From a virus (taxonomy: Duplodnaviria; Heunggongvirae; Uroviricota; Caudoviricetes), in IMG/VR virus record IMGVR_UViG_2878930440_000003: a DNA stretch of 46,548 bases, one strand, 5' to 3'. Below, one piece after another: positions 36,827 through 45,348 of this stretch (its first letter is position 1; every line of letters begins with the position of its first letter). Both the position numbers and the translations under genes were made by a program. The notes below the pieces were generated by a model that did not search any database, was not told where the DNA came from, and worked only from the letters and a program-made list of their open reading frames with translations.

Positions 36827-38110
36827 TTAGTACACTCCTAAGTCTGATTTTGATGCTTTCCTTGGCTTCATCACCTTACCGAGCAATACAGCAAGAATAT
36901 AATACCTAGCAGCATCTATTAAATGATTGTCATGGTCTTCTGGAACATTGATATAATTACCATCCTTATCTTTTGACCACACATATTTACGAAACTCGCT
37001 CTGTAAATGGACTGATTGCCTAGTAGTGAATATTTCGAATGTCTGCATCTTGTCAATACCAGCCAATATAGAACCAGCCCCCTTTTGTGCTCCATATATG
37101 ACTATTCCACCAAGAGCTACCTCATCTATAAGTCTAGGGTCAGCACTATCCGCATACACAAACAAACCTTCTTCCGCATAAGGACGCAAGAATTTTATAA
37201 TATCACTGGATAACATTTCCGTTCTATAGCAAAGTTCCTCTATGTATAGGCGATTATCTACGATACCACACTTCACAATAGCAGTATAGTCTTTCGAATA
37301 TCCCCAGTCTACCCCGATGGCTACTTTCCTTGCGTTGCTAGGGAACTTGTCAACGATACCTACATGCTTGAATATAGCACCTTCAGAAACATCTGACCAT
37401 CTGCCTATCATTATATGAGCATATTTCTCCGGTTCATTCTCCTTCATTTCCAACACCTCATTAAGGAACTCCGGTGACAAATGCTTTATGTTATCAAGAT
37501 ATGTAGTATGTATATGAAGTACTCTTGGGTCTGTGCTGATCTGGACAGGAACACCATCAAAATACACCTCTTTATGCGTCTTTTCGATGAAACGCTTATA
37601 TACCCAATGATTGGAATCACATGGGTTCATAATGATTATTACTCGGTTGTGCAAGCCTTTCTGACGGATTGAAAGCATGATGCGCTCAAAATCCTCCTCA
37701 CTCGTCCATTCCTCAGCCTCATCAACGACAAACGTAGTTACACCATGGATTGACTTTAACTTCGCAGTCTGATTACCACTAGAAGTATTGATACCACGGA
37801 ACATGATTTCGGCTCCTGTCATTTTGTTGACTATATCGGTCTTCGTGTTCTTGAAGTAATCCTGTGTGCCATCAATCTCTATCTTCTCTTTAACCTCTGG
37901 AATTACGGAAATAGCTGCACTCACCATCGTATAACGTGTATAAAGAATCTTATGCGCTATCTTTCTTTCCGCATTGTATTCGAAGGTTAGTCTTTCGATA
38001 AATTGAGAGGCAGAGAAACTTTTTCCTGACGCACGACTTCCTGTAATAAGGTAAATGAAATGCGTCTTATCATTATACAACGGATAATAAACGGAATGTG
38101 TTTTTGTCAT
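36827..38110 (-). CDS. terL: Terminase large subunit (PBSX-like)
   Basis: Walker A GSRASGKS, Walker B FVVDEAEE, MNP, nuclease GVDWG and HLIDAARY. Confidence 0.95.
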   Translation of the reverse strand: MTKTHSVYYPLYNDKTHFIYLITGSRASGKSFSASQFIERLTFEYNAERKIAHKILYTRYTMVSAAISVIPEVKEKIEIDGTQDYFKNTKTDIVNKMTGAEIMFRGINTSSGNQTAKLKSIHGVTTFVVDEAEEWTSEEDFERIMLSIRQKGLHNRVIIIMNPCDSNHWVYKRFIEKTHKEVYFDGVPVQISTDPRVLHIHTTYLDNIKHLSPEFLNEVLEMKENEPEKYAHIMIGRWSDVSEGAIFKHVGIVDKFPSNARKVAIGVDWGYSKDYTAIVKCGIVDNRLYIEELCYRTEMLSSDIIKFLRPYAEEGLFVYADSADPRLIDEVALGGIVIYGAQKGAGSILAGIDKMQTFEIFTTRQSVHLQSEFRKYVWSKDKDGNYINVPEDHDNHLIDAARYYILAVLLGKVMKPRKASKSDLGVY

Positions 38111-38688
38111 TATTCATCCTCCTTTTGCTCTTCAGCTTCCTGCTCTATCTCTCTTTCTATCCACTTGTTGACGGATATACCTTTCTTAGGGTCAAAAGGA
38201 ATGCCCTTTTCCTCTTCATCCTTCTTACCTCTCTGTATCTCTCTCCAAGTCATATCGTAATGGAATAACCAAGTAGAAAGAGCTTGTACGTTAGGTGGAG
38301 TCTCCTGCTCGGTTTCTCTAGTTTCCACTACTATATCATCTGTCATAACTCCATCTACAACCATATGTCTTTTGGTGGTTGTCTTGCCTTTTACCTTGAC
38401 ACCTCCAAGGGCGCATTTAAGGAATCTTCCACGCACGATTGCATTGATAAACTCTCTGCCACGCACGAGGGATTGAGTTATCCTTTCGCCTCTTTCCGCA
38501 TTTTCGTCTTCATTCCAATTCTCGTATTTTCCGTTTTTCATTCGGTTGAAGACCTGTGGATTTAGGTCAACCCCAAACTTCAAACCAAGGGCGTAAGCAA
38601 TTTCAGAATCCTTCTGACCTTGCTTTGCAAGCTGTTCTATCTCATCGTAGAAAGCATCGCCATTGTAATCAAATTTCGGTTTTGCCAT
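38110..38688 (-). CDS. terS: Terminase small subunit (putative)
   Basis: N-terminal HTH (DSEIAYALG), NVQALSTWL, immediately upstream of TerL. Confidence 0.7.
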   Translation of the reverse strand: MAKPKFDYNGDAFYDEIEQLAKQGQKDSEIAYALGLKFGVDLNPQVFNRMKNGKYENWNEDENAERGERITQSLVRGREFINAIVRGRFLKCALGGVKVKGKTTTKRHMVVDGVMTDDIVVETRETEQETPPNVQALSTWLFHYDMTWREIQRGKKDEEEKGIPFDPKKGISVNKWIEREIEQEAEEQKEDE

Positions 38689-38734
38689 TTTCTTGTATTT
38701 ATTATTGTTTCGCTATATATTGGGCAGATGGGAT

Positions 38735-38860
38735 TTATACCTTGCCTCTAATTTTGTTATACATATAGAAAGGAACGGCTAGTATGAACATCGGTATTGC
38801 CAATACCATAGCTATAGCCAAGTTCGCAATCTTCATTAATCTTTTTCCGTTTGCCTTCAT
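38735..38860 (-). CDS. Small single-TM protein (41 aa; not in track)
   Basis: Manual translation MKANGKRLMKIANLAIAMVLAIPMFILAVPFY... Confidence 0.5.
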   Translation of the reverse strand: MKANGKRLMKIANLAIAMVLAIPMFILAVPFYMYNKIRGKV

Positions 38861-38873
38861 AATCTTTCGATAT

Positions 38874-39056
38874 TTATGAGTTGACCAATTGTCCTACCTT
38901 GTTTATCAAAGGAGTAAAGAGCCACGACACCCATATATTGAACGCTTTCTTTCTCCTTTTTTCGAGAAACATAGAAACAATCATAAATGGAATGAGCATA
39001 CCTATTGTTATTGCCGCTATTATGTACCCTAGTAATATTCTTATAATCTTTTTCAT
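38874..39056 (-). CDS. Small membrane protein
   Basis: 60 aa with a hydrophobic helix. Confidence 0.6.
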   Translation of the reverse strand: MKKIIRILLGYIIAAITIGMLIPFMIVSMFLEKRRKKAFNIWVSWLFTPLINKVGQLVNS

Positions 39057-39067
39057 TGCTTATTCGT

Positions 39068-39874
39068 TTATATTCGTTTTGCTACTTTCATAAGCATTTC
39101 TCCCTTGATTACCTTGTCGGTTTCGATAAAGCCAAAGGTGCTCATAAAACGTTCCTTGTTCTCTATATTATCAAAGGAAAGCATGACGTAAGACTCGGCT
39201 TCTAAAGCTTTTTCCGCTGCCTTGGTATTTACCTCTTTCTTTACCTGTTGCATACGTTCTTTATTCGCTTGATATTGAGCCTCTTGCTGCTGATTGGCTA
39301 TAATTTGATTTTGTTCTATCTGTCGTCTCTGCTCTTCTTGCACTTCCTTTGGTGCTTGTACTTTTCTGTTTTCGCTTTCTTGGGCAAATGGGTCTAGTAA
39401 GGAATTAAGTTCTTTACCTAGCTCATCTTCGCCTTCAGTCTTTACCATTGCATCATAGCCGAACAGGGATAAGTCTTCTTCCGTTAATCCGGCATCCATA
39501 TAGTTTATGTCCGGAAGTAACTCACGGACTTTCATGTCATCCCATTCTCCATGAGCATTCTCGGAATTAAGCATGAAATTCAGTTCAACTTCGGTCTTGT
39601 AATCCATATTTACAGCCTCAGCCAAAAGAGTATAATCCTTTTCGGGATAGCCCATAATCTCATCCACGATGGTTACTTTTTGGTTGCCGCCTACGATGGT
39701 CATTGTTTGCTTATTGACGGTTATACCACCAACAACGCCATATTTTCTTATGGAACGTTTCAATGTAGCTTTCTGCTGCGGTGAAATCTTCCTTGGATTA
39801 TATGGTGCTATCTGCACTTCGGAGCGTTTGAACTCTTCTTGCTTGCCTGTGAAATAATCTCTTGGTTTCGTCAT
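39068..39874 (-). CDS. ParB/Srx-like domain protein (paralogue B) with Gln-rich insertion
   Basis: APYNPRKIS..LKRSIRKYG..GITVN..IVGGNQK. Confidence 0.8.
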   Translation of the reverse strand: MTKPRDYFTGKQEEFKRSEVQIAPYNPRKISPQQKATLKRSIRKYGVVGGITVNKQTMTIVGGNQKVTIVDEIMGYPEKDYTLLAEAVNMDYKTEVELNFMLNSENAHGEWDDMKVRELLPDINYMDAGLTEEDLSLFGYDAMVKTEGEDELGKELNSLLDPFAQESENRKVQAPKEVQEEQRRQIEQNQIIANQQQEAQYQANKERMQQVKKEVNTKAAEKALEAESYVMLSFDNIENKERFMSTFGFIETDKVIKGEMLMKVAKRI

Positions 39875-39896
39875 CTTATCAACTCATTGTTTCTTG

Positions 39897-39966
39897 CAAA
39901 GGTATGAATAATAATTGTTTAAGAGAAATGTTTACTTGCGTGTCTTTTCACTTTGTCTTTTAAGTG
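39897..39966 (-). promoter_or_regulatory. Late promoter: TACCTTTG with CACTT-N8-AAGTG box 44 nt upstream
   Basis: caaaggta 39897-39904; box 39949-39966. Confidence 0.7.
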
Positions 39967-40031
39967 AAATAACATATCGCAACAATATATCAATTGGCTT
40001 GCATTTTGGTTAATTTTGCATAAAAAAAGAT

Positions 40032-40250
40032 ATGGGAGACGTTGGTAATAATGGGGCATATGCTAGGCTGAGAGCACAAGCTACCTCTATGCGGAGAAAA
40101 GCCGAGTCGGTTGGTAACAAGCTACAAGCTATAGCTGAAGGTATAGCTAAGAAGTATGGAGCAAGGGTCACTCCTATCAATTACAAGAGTGTTGACTCCA
40201 TTGTACGCAAGGCTAAGGGCGAGGCTAATGGTATTAAAGACATTATCTAA
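40032..40250 (+). pseudogene. Truncated RelA/SpoT-like nucleotidyltransferase N-terminal fragment
   Basis: KSVDSIVRKAK...GIKDI then stop; own TAATTTTG promoter at 40011-40018. Confidence 0.45.
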
Positions 40251-40466
40251 AGCCTCATCGCAATATGCCGTACTAGTTACATATGCGCCTCTAGAAATCG
40301 CCTTGTAACAATCTCTAAGACCAAGCAAACCACCAATAAGCTTAGATGCATCATAGCAAGTAAACTTATTCAAGTCCAATGCATCAATAGCATTAATACC
40401 ATTTTCTGTAATAACACCTTTAATATCATTGATGAACTTCTTCTGATTTTCGGTAATCATCTTCAT
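40122..40466 (-). CDS. Hypothetical protein; C-terminal ~40 aa probably read through a deletion junction
   Basis: After ALDNVFNTI the sequence is the antisense of the 40032 ORF. Confidence 0.5.
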   Translation of the reverse strand: MKMITENQKKFINDIKGVITENGINAIDALDLNKFTCYDASKLIGGLLGLRDCYKAISRGAYVTSTAYCDEALDNVFNTISLALSLAYNGVNTLVIDRSDPCSILLSYTFSYSL

Positions 40467-40739
40467 AACAATTGTGCTAGTTTTTAACGTGCTCGCTCTG
40501 CACTATCTTGCAAGAAACTTGTCTTGCGGCAAATCTTCAAGTATCTCTTAAATACATTGCAAAGATACAAATTTATTTTCTAACTTGCAAATGTTTTATG
40601 GTTTTTCTTTATTTATTTAACCTTTCTTTACTTATAACGTTTCTATATTACATACATTAACAATAAAGGCAGACTTTCACAAGCCTGCCAATACATATAA
40701 AGAAGATAATACATTATTATATATAAATTAAAAAGAACA

Positions 40740-41474
40740 TTATCTGTTGTCATATCTGTAGAGTATTACCCTACTTTGTGGAAATACCTTATATATACGT
40801 TCTAAGTCTTCGGGTGCATTATCCCTTAGCCATGCAAAACAATCCAAGTCCAAAGACAAACCGCCCGACGCATTCCCAACCTCTGCATTCTCAGAGCGCA
40901 ATGCTCTGGAGTACATTATCGGCTTAGGCAGATGCCGATGTTTCATATATTGCAAGATTTGCTTTTGAGTAAAATCAGCAAGAGGATAACAATTTCCACC
41001 ATGAATGTAATTTTCATCCTCATACGACTTCAACATAAGACTTCGGTTCATCGAGTCTGCTTTCTTCATACCAAAGAATACGTATTCTATTCCGAAACGC
41101 TTTTTTAAGGCTTTTACTACCATAGAAAGATTAAGAACCTTTACTTTTGGATTCGGAACGCAATAAACTCCATAATGAAGATTGTATGTTGTATTCCAAT
41201 GTGGTATCTGCTCGAACTCTATCTTCGGGTATCTAGCCTTCAGCCAGTTTATCCATCATTGTATATGCTCTAAGTCTTTTACAAGATACATAAATACACA
41301 TACTATCCGCTCAAACTTATCATATAATAAGTCCAATGTAACAATGGAGTCCTTGCCAAGTGACATCATAACAATGCAATCCGGACTCTGTTCCCTAGCC
41401 ATATCAATTACCATATTGGCAACATCTATAGGGTTCTTCCTAACAACTAGAGGCTTTATTCGCTTGCGTCCCAT
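40740..41474 (-). pseudogene. PAPS-reductase/PP-loop-like protein (paralogue B) with one in-frame TGA
   Basis: MSLGKDS PP-loop; KDLEHIQ-TGA(41256-41258)-WINWLKARYP is in frame with 40740..41123; the paralogue has Arg at that position. Confidence 0.8.
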
Positions 41475-41476
41475 AT

Positions 41477-42256
41477 TTACAACAAACCTAAAATCTGACT
41501 TCCGGAAATACGCATAGAGTTAGCGGCTTCCATGTGCAACATATCACAGAAAAGCCGTTTTTGCTCAAAACTTTCGAAATCAATGAAAATGAAGTTATCA
41601 ATATCTTCCTTTCTTTTCTTTCCGACATCAGTACAATGCTGTTTCTGATCCTTGACATCTTCCTTTGTCATCTTTGGCTTAGCTGCGTGCTCGGCTACAA
41701 TCTCTTCAGATGTTTTTTCGATGTTGGGTAATTCGGTCATTGGCGTTGGGGTAGTAACTGAAATTATAGGTTCATTCAAGAAATCCTCGCTAAAGTCATC
41801 CATGCCCGAATCCTTCAATGATGCTTCCAAATCATCTTGCAACATCTTGATTTGTTCAGTATCCTGTTCCGTGAAGCCAGCAGCCTTGAAGTCTATTTCA
41901 TCTATGCTAAAGTTCTTGGCAACCAAGTTGTAATCTATCGGGTCTTGCGACTTCGCCATAAACAACAATTGCTCTTTCTCGGTCTTTTCGTCAAAATCAA
42001 CGGCTTCTACCTTGATGTCATAATCAGTTTCGGGAGTACCATCATAACCTTGGATAAGGTCAACGCTCATCACTCGTTTATGCCCATCTATGAGATTTCC
42101 AGTTGTCTCATTCCATTGAATACCCCCAATGAGACCAACTTTCTTAATATTGGCTTTTTGCTGTTTAATGTCCGCATCGGTATGTACCTTCGGGTTGCAA
42201 GGGTTCAAGTTTATTTGAGACCTCTTGATTATCTTTGTTTCACTTCCTTTTTTCAT
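41477..42256 (-). CDS. ParB/Srx-like domain protein (paralogue A)
   Basis: NPCNPKVH..ANIKKVGLIGGIQWN..LIDGHKRV. Confidence 0.85.
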   Translation of the reverse strand: MKKGSETKIIKRSQINLNPCNPKVHTDADIKQQKANIKKVGLIGGIQWNETTGNLIDGHKRVMSVDLIQGYDGTPETDYDIKVEAVDFDEKTEKEQLLFMAKSQDPIDYNLVAKNFSIDEIDFKAAGFTEQDTEQIKMLQDDLEASLKDSGMDDFSEDFLNEPIISVTTPTPMTELPNIEKTSEEIVAEHAAKPKMTKEDVKDQKQHCTDVGKKRKEDIDNFIFIDFESFEQKRLFCDMLHMEAANSMRISGSQILGLL

Positions 42257-42957
42257 TTCAGTTCCTCCTTGTTTTTATCAGCTTTCAACAGAACTATCCT
42301 TGCCATTGGGAATACCTTGTATATTTTCTCTAAATCTGCCGGATAAAACTCTTTGAGAAATTTCTGATACTCAATATCCTCAACATCAACTCCTGAACTT
42401 TGTTTATTCGTTCCATTTGCTTCTGGGTTCTTTAAACGATGGTCAAGAATATAATTCATTATTTCCTGGTTTTTATATGTAGATAAAGGATAGAATTTCT
42501 TCGTCTTCCAATTGATAGCTTCCTTTCCATCCGTATAACTTCTAAGCATAAGCCGTCTGTTCAAAGAATCGGATTGTTTAAATCCATAACAAGCCCACTC
42601 TACACCAAGTCTCTTCCTGAGTTTTTCGGTTATATCAGCTAAAGTCCATTGTCTTTGCTTAGGGTCTTGTTTTATTCCCATATATCCGGTTTTTATATCA
42701 TAAAATAAAGCATAATGAGGAACTTGAACAAACTCAATGTTCGGGTACTTGGTTTTAGCGTAATTATAGTAACGCATAATATGTTCCAAGTCTTTTACTA
42801 TATACATGAATACTACCACAACTCTCTTGAACTTCTTGTAGCATAAGTCAAGCAATACGATAGAATCCTTTCCACTCAGAGAATGGAAAAGTAATATACT
42901 ATCTGTCTCCTTGGAAACATCATCAATGATTTCTCTTGCTCTTTTTAGTTCTTGCAT
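42253..42957 (-). CDS. PAPS-reductase/PP-loop-like protein (paralogue A)
   Basis: HSLSGKDS PP-loop, GFKQSDSLNRRLML, FYPLSTY. Confidence 0.85.
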   Translation of the reverse strand: MQELKRAREIIDDVSKETDSILLFHSLSGKDSIVLLDLCYKKFKRVVVVFMYIVKDLEHIMRYYNYAKTKYPNIEFVQVPHYALFYDIKTGYMGIKQDPKQRQWTLADITEKLRKRLGVEWACYGFKQSDSLNRRLMLRSYTDGKEAINWKTKKFYPLSTYKNQEIMNYILDHRLKNPEANGTNKQSSGVDVEDIEYQKFLKEFYPADLEKIYKVFPMARIVLLKADKNKEELK

Positions 42958-42971
42958 ACATTATTCTCCTT

Positions 42972-43011
42972 AAAAACAAGGGGTGAATGAAAGTTAATTC
43001 ATTCTACCCCT
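42972..43011 (-). terminator. Intrinsic terminator after the Arg-rich gene
   Basis: GGGGU-GAAUGAA/UUCAUUC-ACCCC stem followed by UUGUUUUU. Confidence 0.7.
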
Positions 43012-43019
43012 CTTGACTT

Positions 43020-43244
43020 TTAACCTCTTCTAAGTCTGCGGTTTACACGTTCTGTGACATTGTTAGCTGCGGTACGTGCTGCCAAAGTACGCATAGCACC
43101 ACCATAAGTAGTTCCTTGTGCGCCTGTGTTTCGGTACTCAACATTTCTGCCACGTTCACGTCTTTCACCAGCCCTAAGACCAGTTGTACGATTTGTTACC
43201 GCTCTCCATTGAGAATAACGATAACCTTTTGATGCCTCTGACAT
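43020..43244 (-). CDS. Small Arg-rich basic protein
   Basis: 16 Arg in 74 aa. Confidence 0.7.
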   Translation of the reverse strand: MSEASKGYRYSQWRAVTNRTTGLRAGERRERGRNVEYRNTGAQGTTYGGAMRTLAARTAANNVTERVNRRLRRG

Positions 43245-43322
43245 AGTTGTAACGTTTTAAGTCCACGAATCATAAACTACTCCCCTTGGGGAATTATCTA
43301 GGCTCGGTGGACTTACGCCCAC

Positions 43323-43838
43323 CTACTTTAGAGTCGTTTCTGTTACCTTGTCAATAACAAAGAAGAAAAACAAAGGACGCTCTTTTTCCTTTTTAAGCTC
43401 CAACGCTTCGTACATTTCATCCAAATCATGGCTATCATACTTTTCGTGAAGAAAATCAATATCTTCTTTCATAACGATACAAGTATCATTCACCAAAACA
43501 TCACAATCAAGATACCACGAGTTGTTATAATCATGGAAGTGGATTGTCTTTACTACTCGCAAAGGGTCAACAATACCATCCTCCTGCGCTTTGATAACAT
43601 CCTCTTCTTCACCATGCTTCTTAAGGAACTCCAAAACATCCTTGTCGAACAAACGACCAATATAATGGTCTGTATAGGCTCGATACTCAACTTGCTTCTT
43701 TCCTTCAAGAATCTCCTTGGCATTCTTTCTTGTCATAATCAAGTTAAGAACTTCAATAGCCTTGGCTGGCTTGAAATCGGGATACTTCTCTTTAAATGCG
43801 CTTACCTGCGCATCAAAATCTTCTTTGTTATTACTCAT
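43323..43838 (-). CDS. ASCH/PUA-like domain protein
   Basis: LNLIM...AKEILEGKKQVEYR motif (GxKxxExR) typical of ASCH. Confidence 0.65.
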   Translation of the reverse strand: MSNNKEDFDAQVSAFKEKYPDFKPAKAIEVLNLIMTRKNAKEILEGKKQVEYRAYTDHYIGRLFDKDVLEFLKKHGEEEDVIKAQEDGIVDPLRVVKTIHFHDYNNSWYLDCDVLVNDTCIVMKEDIDFLHEKYDSHDLDEMYEALELKKEKERPLFFFFVIDKVTETTLK

Positions 43839-43938
43839 AATTAATTATTTCAAGGAACGCAATGCAAAGATAGCATAATTCTTCCATCCAAGCAAATGCG
43901 TTCGGGTTATTAAACTCACTTTTAATAAATGGTGAAAA

Positions 43939-44307
43939 TTACTTGTTCTCTAAAGGTTTGGTTGCCTTATTAATTTGCATCCGTTCCTTTTTGCTAAACA
44001 TATCTTTGTAATTCTGAGAATCATCAATGACAAACTTTTCTTCTTTCTTCATATTCATATCTCCTATATGTTTTAGATAATCATTCTTAATCTTTCTCCA
44101 GCAATGCTCGCATCTTGAAGACTTCGTGAACTCTGTCGGCTCGCAAGGGTCAACATCTTTCAAAGAATCAAACTCATGTGGCAGTACCTTAAACACGTTC
44201 TCAAAATGTTCTTTATTGTATCTTAAAGCTTCGTCACGATAACGAAACCAAGTACAACATTCTTGAATGCTTGTGTTCTTGCTGAAAATCAAATATGCTT
44301 TATTCAT
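43939..44307 (-). CDS. Hypothetical protein
   Basis: 122 aa, first gene after the leader motif. Confidence 0.7.
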   Translation of the reverse strand: MNKAYLIFSKNTSIQECCTWFRYRDEALRYNKEHFENVFKVLPHEFDSLKDVDPCEPTEFTKSSRCEHCWRKIKNDYLKHIGDMNMKKEEKFVIDDSQNYKDMFSKKERMQINKATKPLENK

Positions 44308-44316
44308 AATCCGATA

Positions 44317-44390
44317 CAGTTGTTTCGGTGTGTCTCACCTTTTTATATTACGATGCAAAGATAAGAATAACACCTTAATTTTGCAAATTT
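44317..44390 (-). promoter_or_regulatory. Promoter (TATCTTTG) plus leader motif GGTGAGACACACC-GAAAC-AACTG
   Basis: ggtgtgtctcacc 44327-44339. Confidence 0.75.
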
Positions 44391-44442
44391 TTTAATGCTT
44401 TTATTTCTGTATTTAAACATATTTCATATATCGAAAGAACTT

Positions 44443-44883
44443 TTAATTCTTCATCACCTCAAAATGGGCATCCATAGCCTCAACAATATTACATAACGTA
44501 TCAATATCGGCATTAAAACGCCCCATCTCAATATTACGAATGTTGTTAGGCTTATAACCGGACTTTTCTGCCAGTTCCTCCAATGTTATACCACTAAGTT
44601 CTCTAACCTCTTTAATCTTCTGCCCCATTATATAGCGATAGAGATTTCGATTACGATGTTTCTTGTCATCATCGGGGTTTCTTCTTTGCTCTAAATAAGC
44701 AATTTCAAAGTTCCTTACCTTCAGACAATTAACCATGTTACCAAATATCTTATGCTTAGGGGGAAGAGGAAAACCATCGGCATCTTCTTTTACAAGTTCT
44801 ATTTCGCCACCTTCAGTAGCTTGTATGTACTGAGCGAAGCGCACCGCATCATCGTAGTACATTTCCGTAAATCTTTGTATCAT
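44443..44883 (-). CDS. XRE-family HTH regulator (C-terminal HTH); candidate repressor
   Basis: GQKIKEVRELSGITLEELAEKSG..NIRNIEMGRFN..IDTL; divergent promoter region 44884-45000. Confidence 0.8.
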   Translation of the reverse strand: MIQRFTEMYYDDAVRFAQYIQATEGGEIELVKEDADGFPLPPKHKIFGNMVNCLKVRNFEIAYLEQRRNPDDDKKHRNRNLYRYIMGQKIKEVRELSGITLEELAEKSGYKPNNIRNIEMGRFNADIDTLCNIVEAMDAHFEVMKN

Positions 44884-44987
44884 ATTTTAAGAATTTTCTG
44901 CAAAGGTACACAAAATAACTCACATTTGGTCAAACTTGAAACATACAAATAGGTTTTATTTGGTATTTTTAAGACTTCGCTGTACTT

Positions 44988-45326
44988 TTGCACAATAGGA
45001 ATAAAAATAATTTAAATCATATAATTATGTGGGTATATAGCGAAAAACAAAAGACGTGGGTCAACCTTGAACAAGTTCAGCGAATTGCTAGCGATGGGCA
45101 AGGTGGGTATCTGTTAATCAGTCAAGATGGCAAGAAAACATCCGTCGACCAAACTTGGTATGACAAGGCTATGCGTTGGGTTGACCCTGACTGGTGGGAG
45201 AAACACCCTAATGGCGGTAAGGACTCCTTGAACTTCGAAGATGCTCTGAAGGCTATTATGAAAGCTACAGGTGCAAAAATGGACAAAAAGGATAAGGATA
45301 ACAACAAGAAAGAGGGGGAAGATTAA
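44988..45326 (+). CDS. Hypothetical protein (likely start MWVYSE, ~45027)
   Basis: Downstream of a TTTG-N20-TACTTTTG promoter; convergent with the integrase. Confidence 0.7.
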   Translation: MHNRNKNNLNHIIMWVYSEKQKTWVNLEQVQRIASDGQGGYLLISQDGKKTSVDQTWYDKAMRWVDPDWWEKHPNGGKDSLNFEDALKAIMKATGAKMDKKDKDNNKKEGED

Positions 45327-45348
45327 TATTTCCCCTCTCTCTAAAGAA

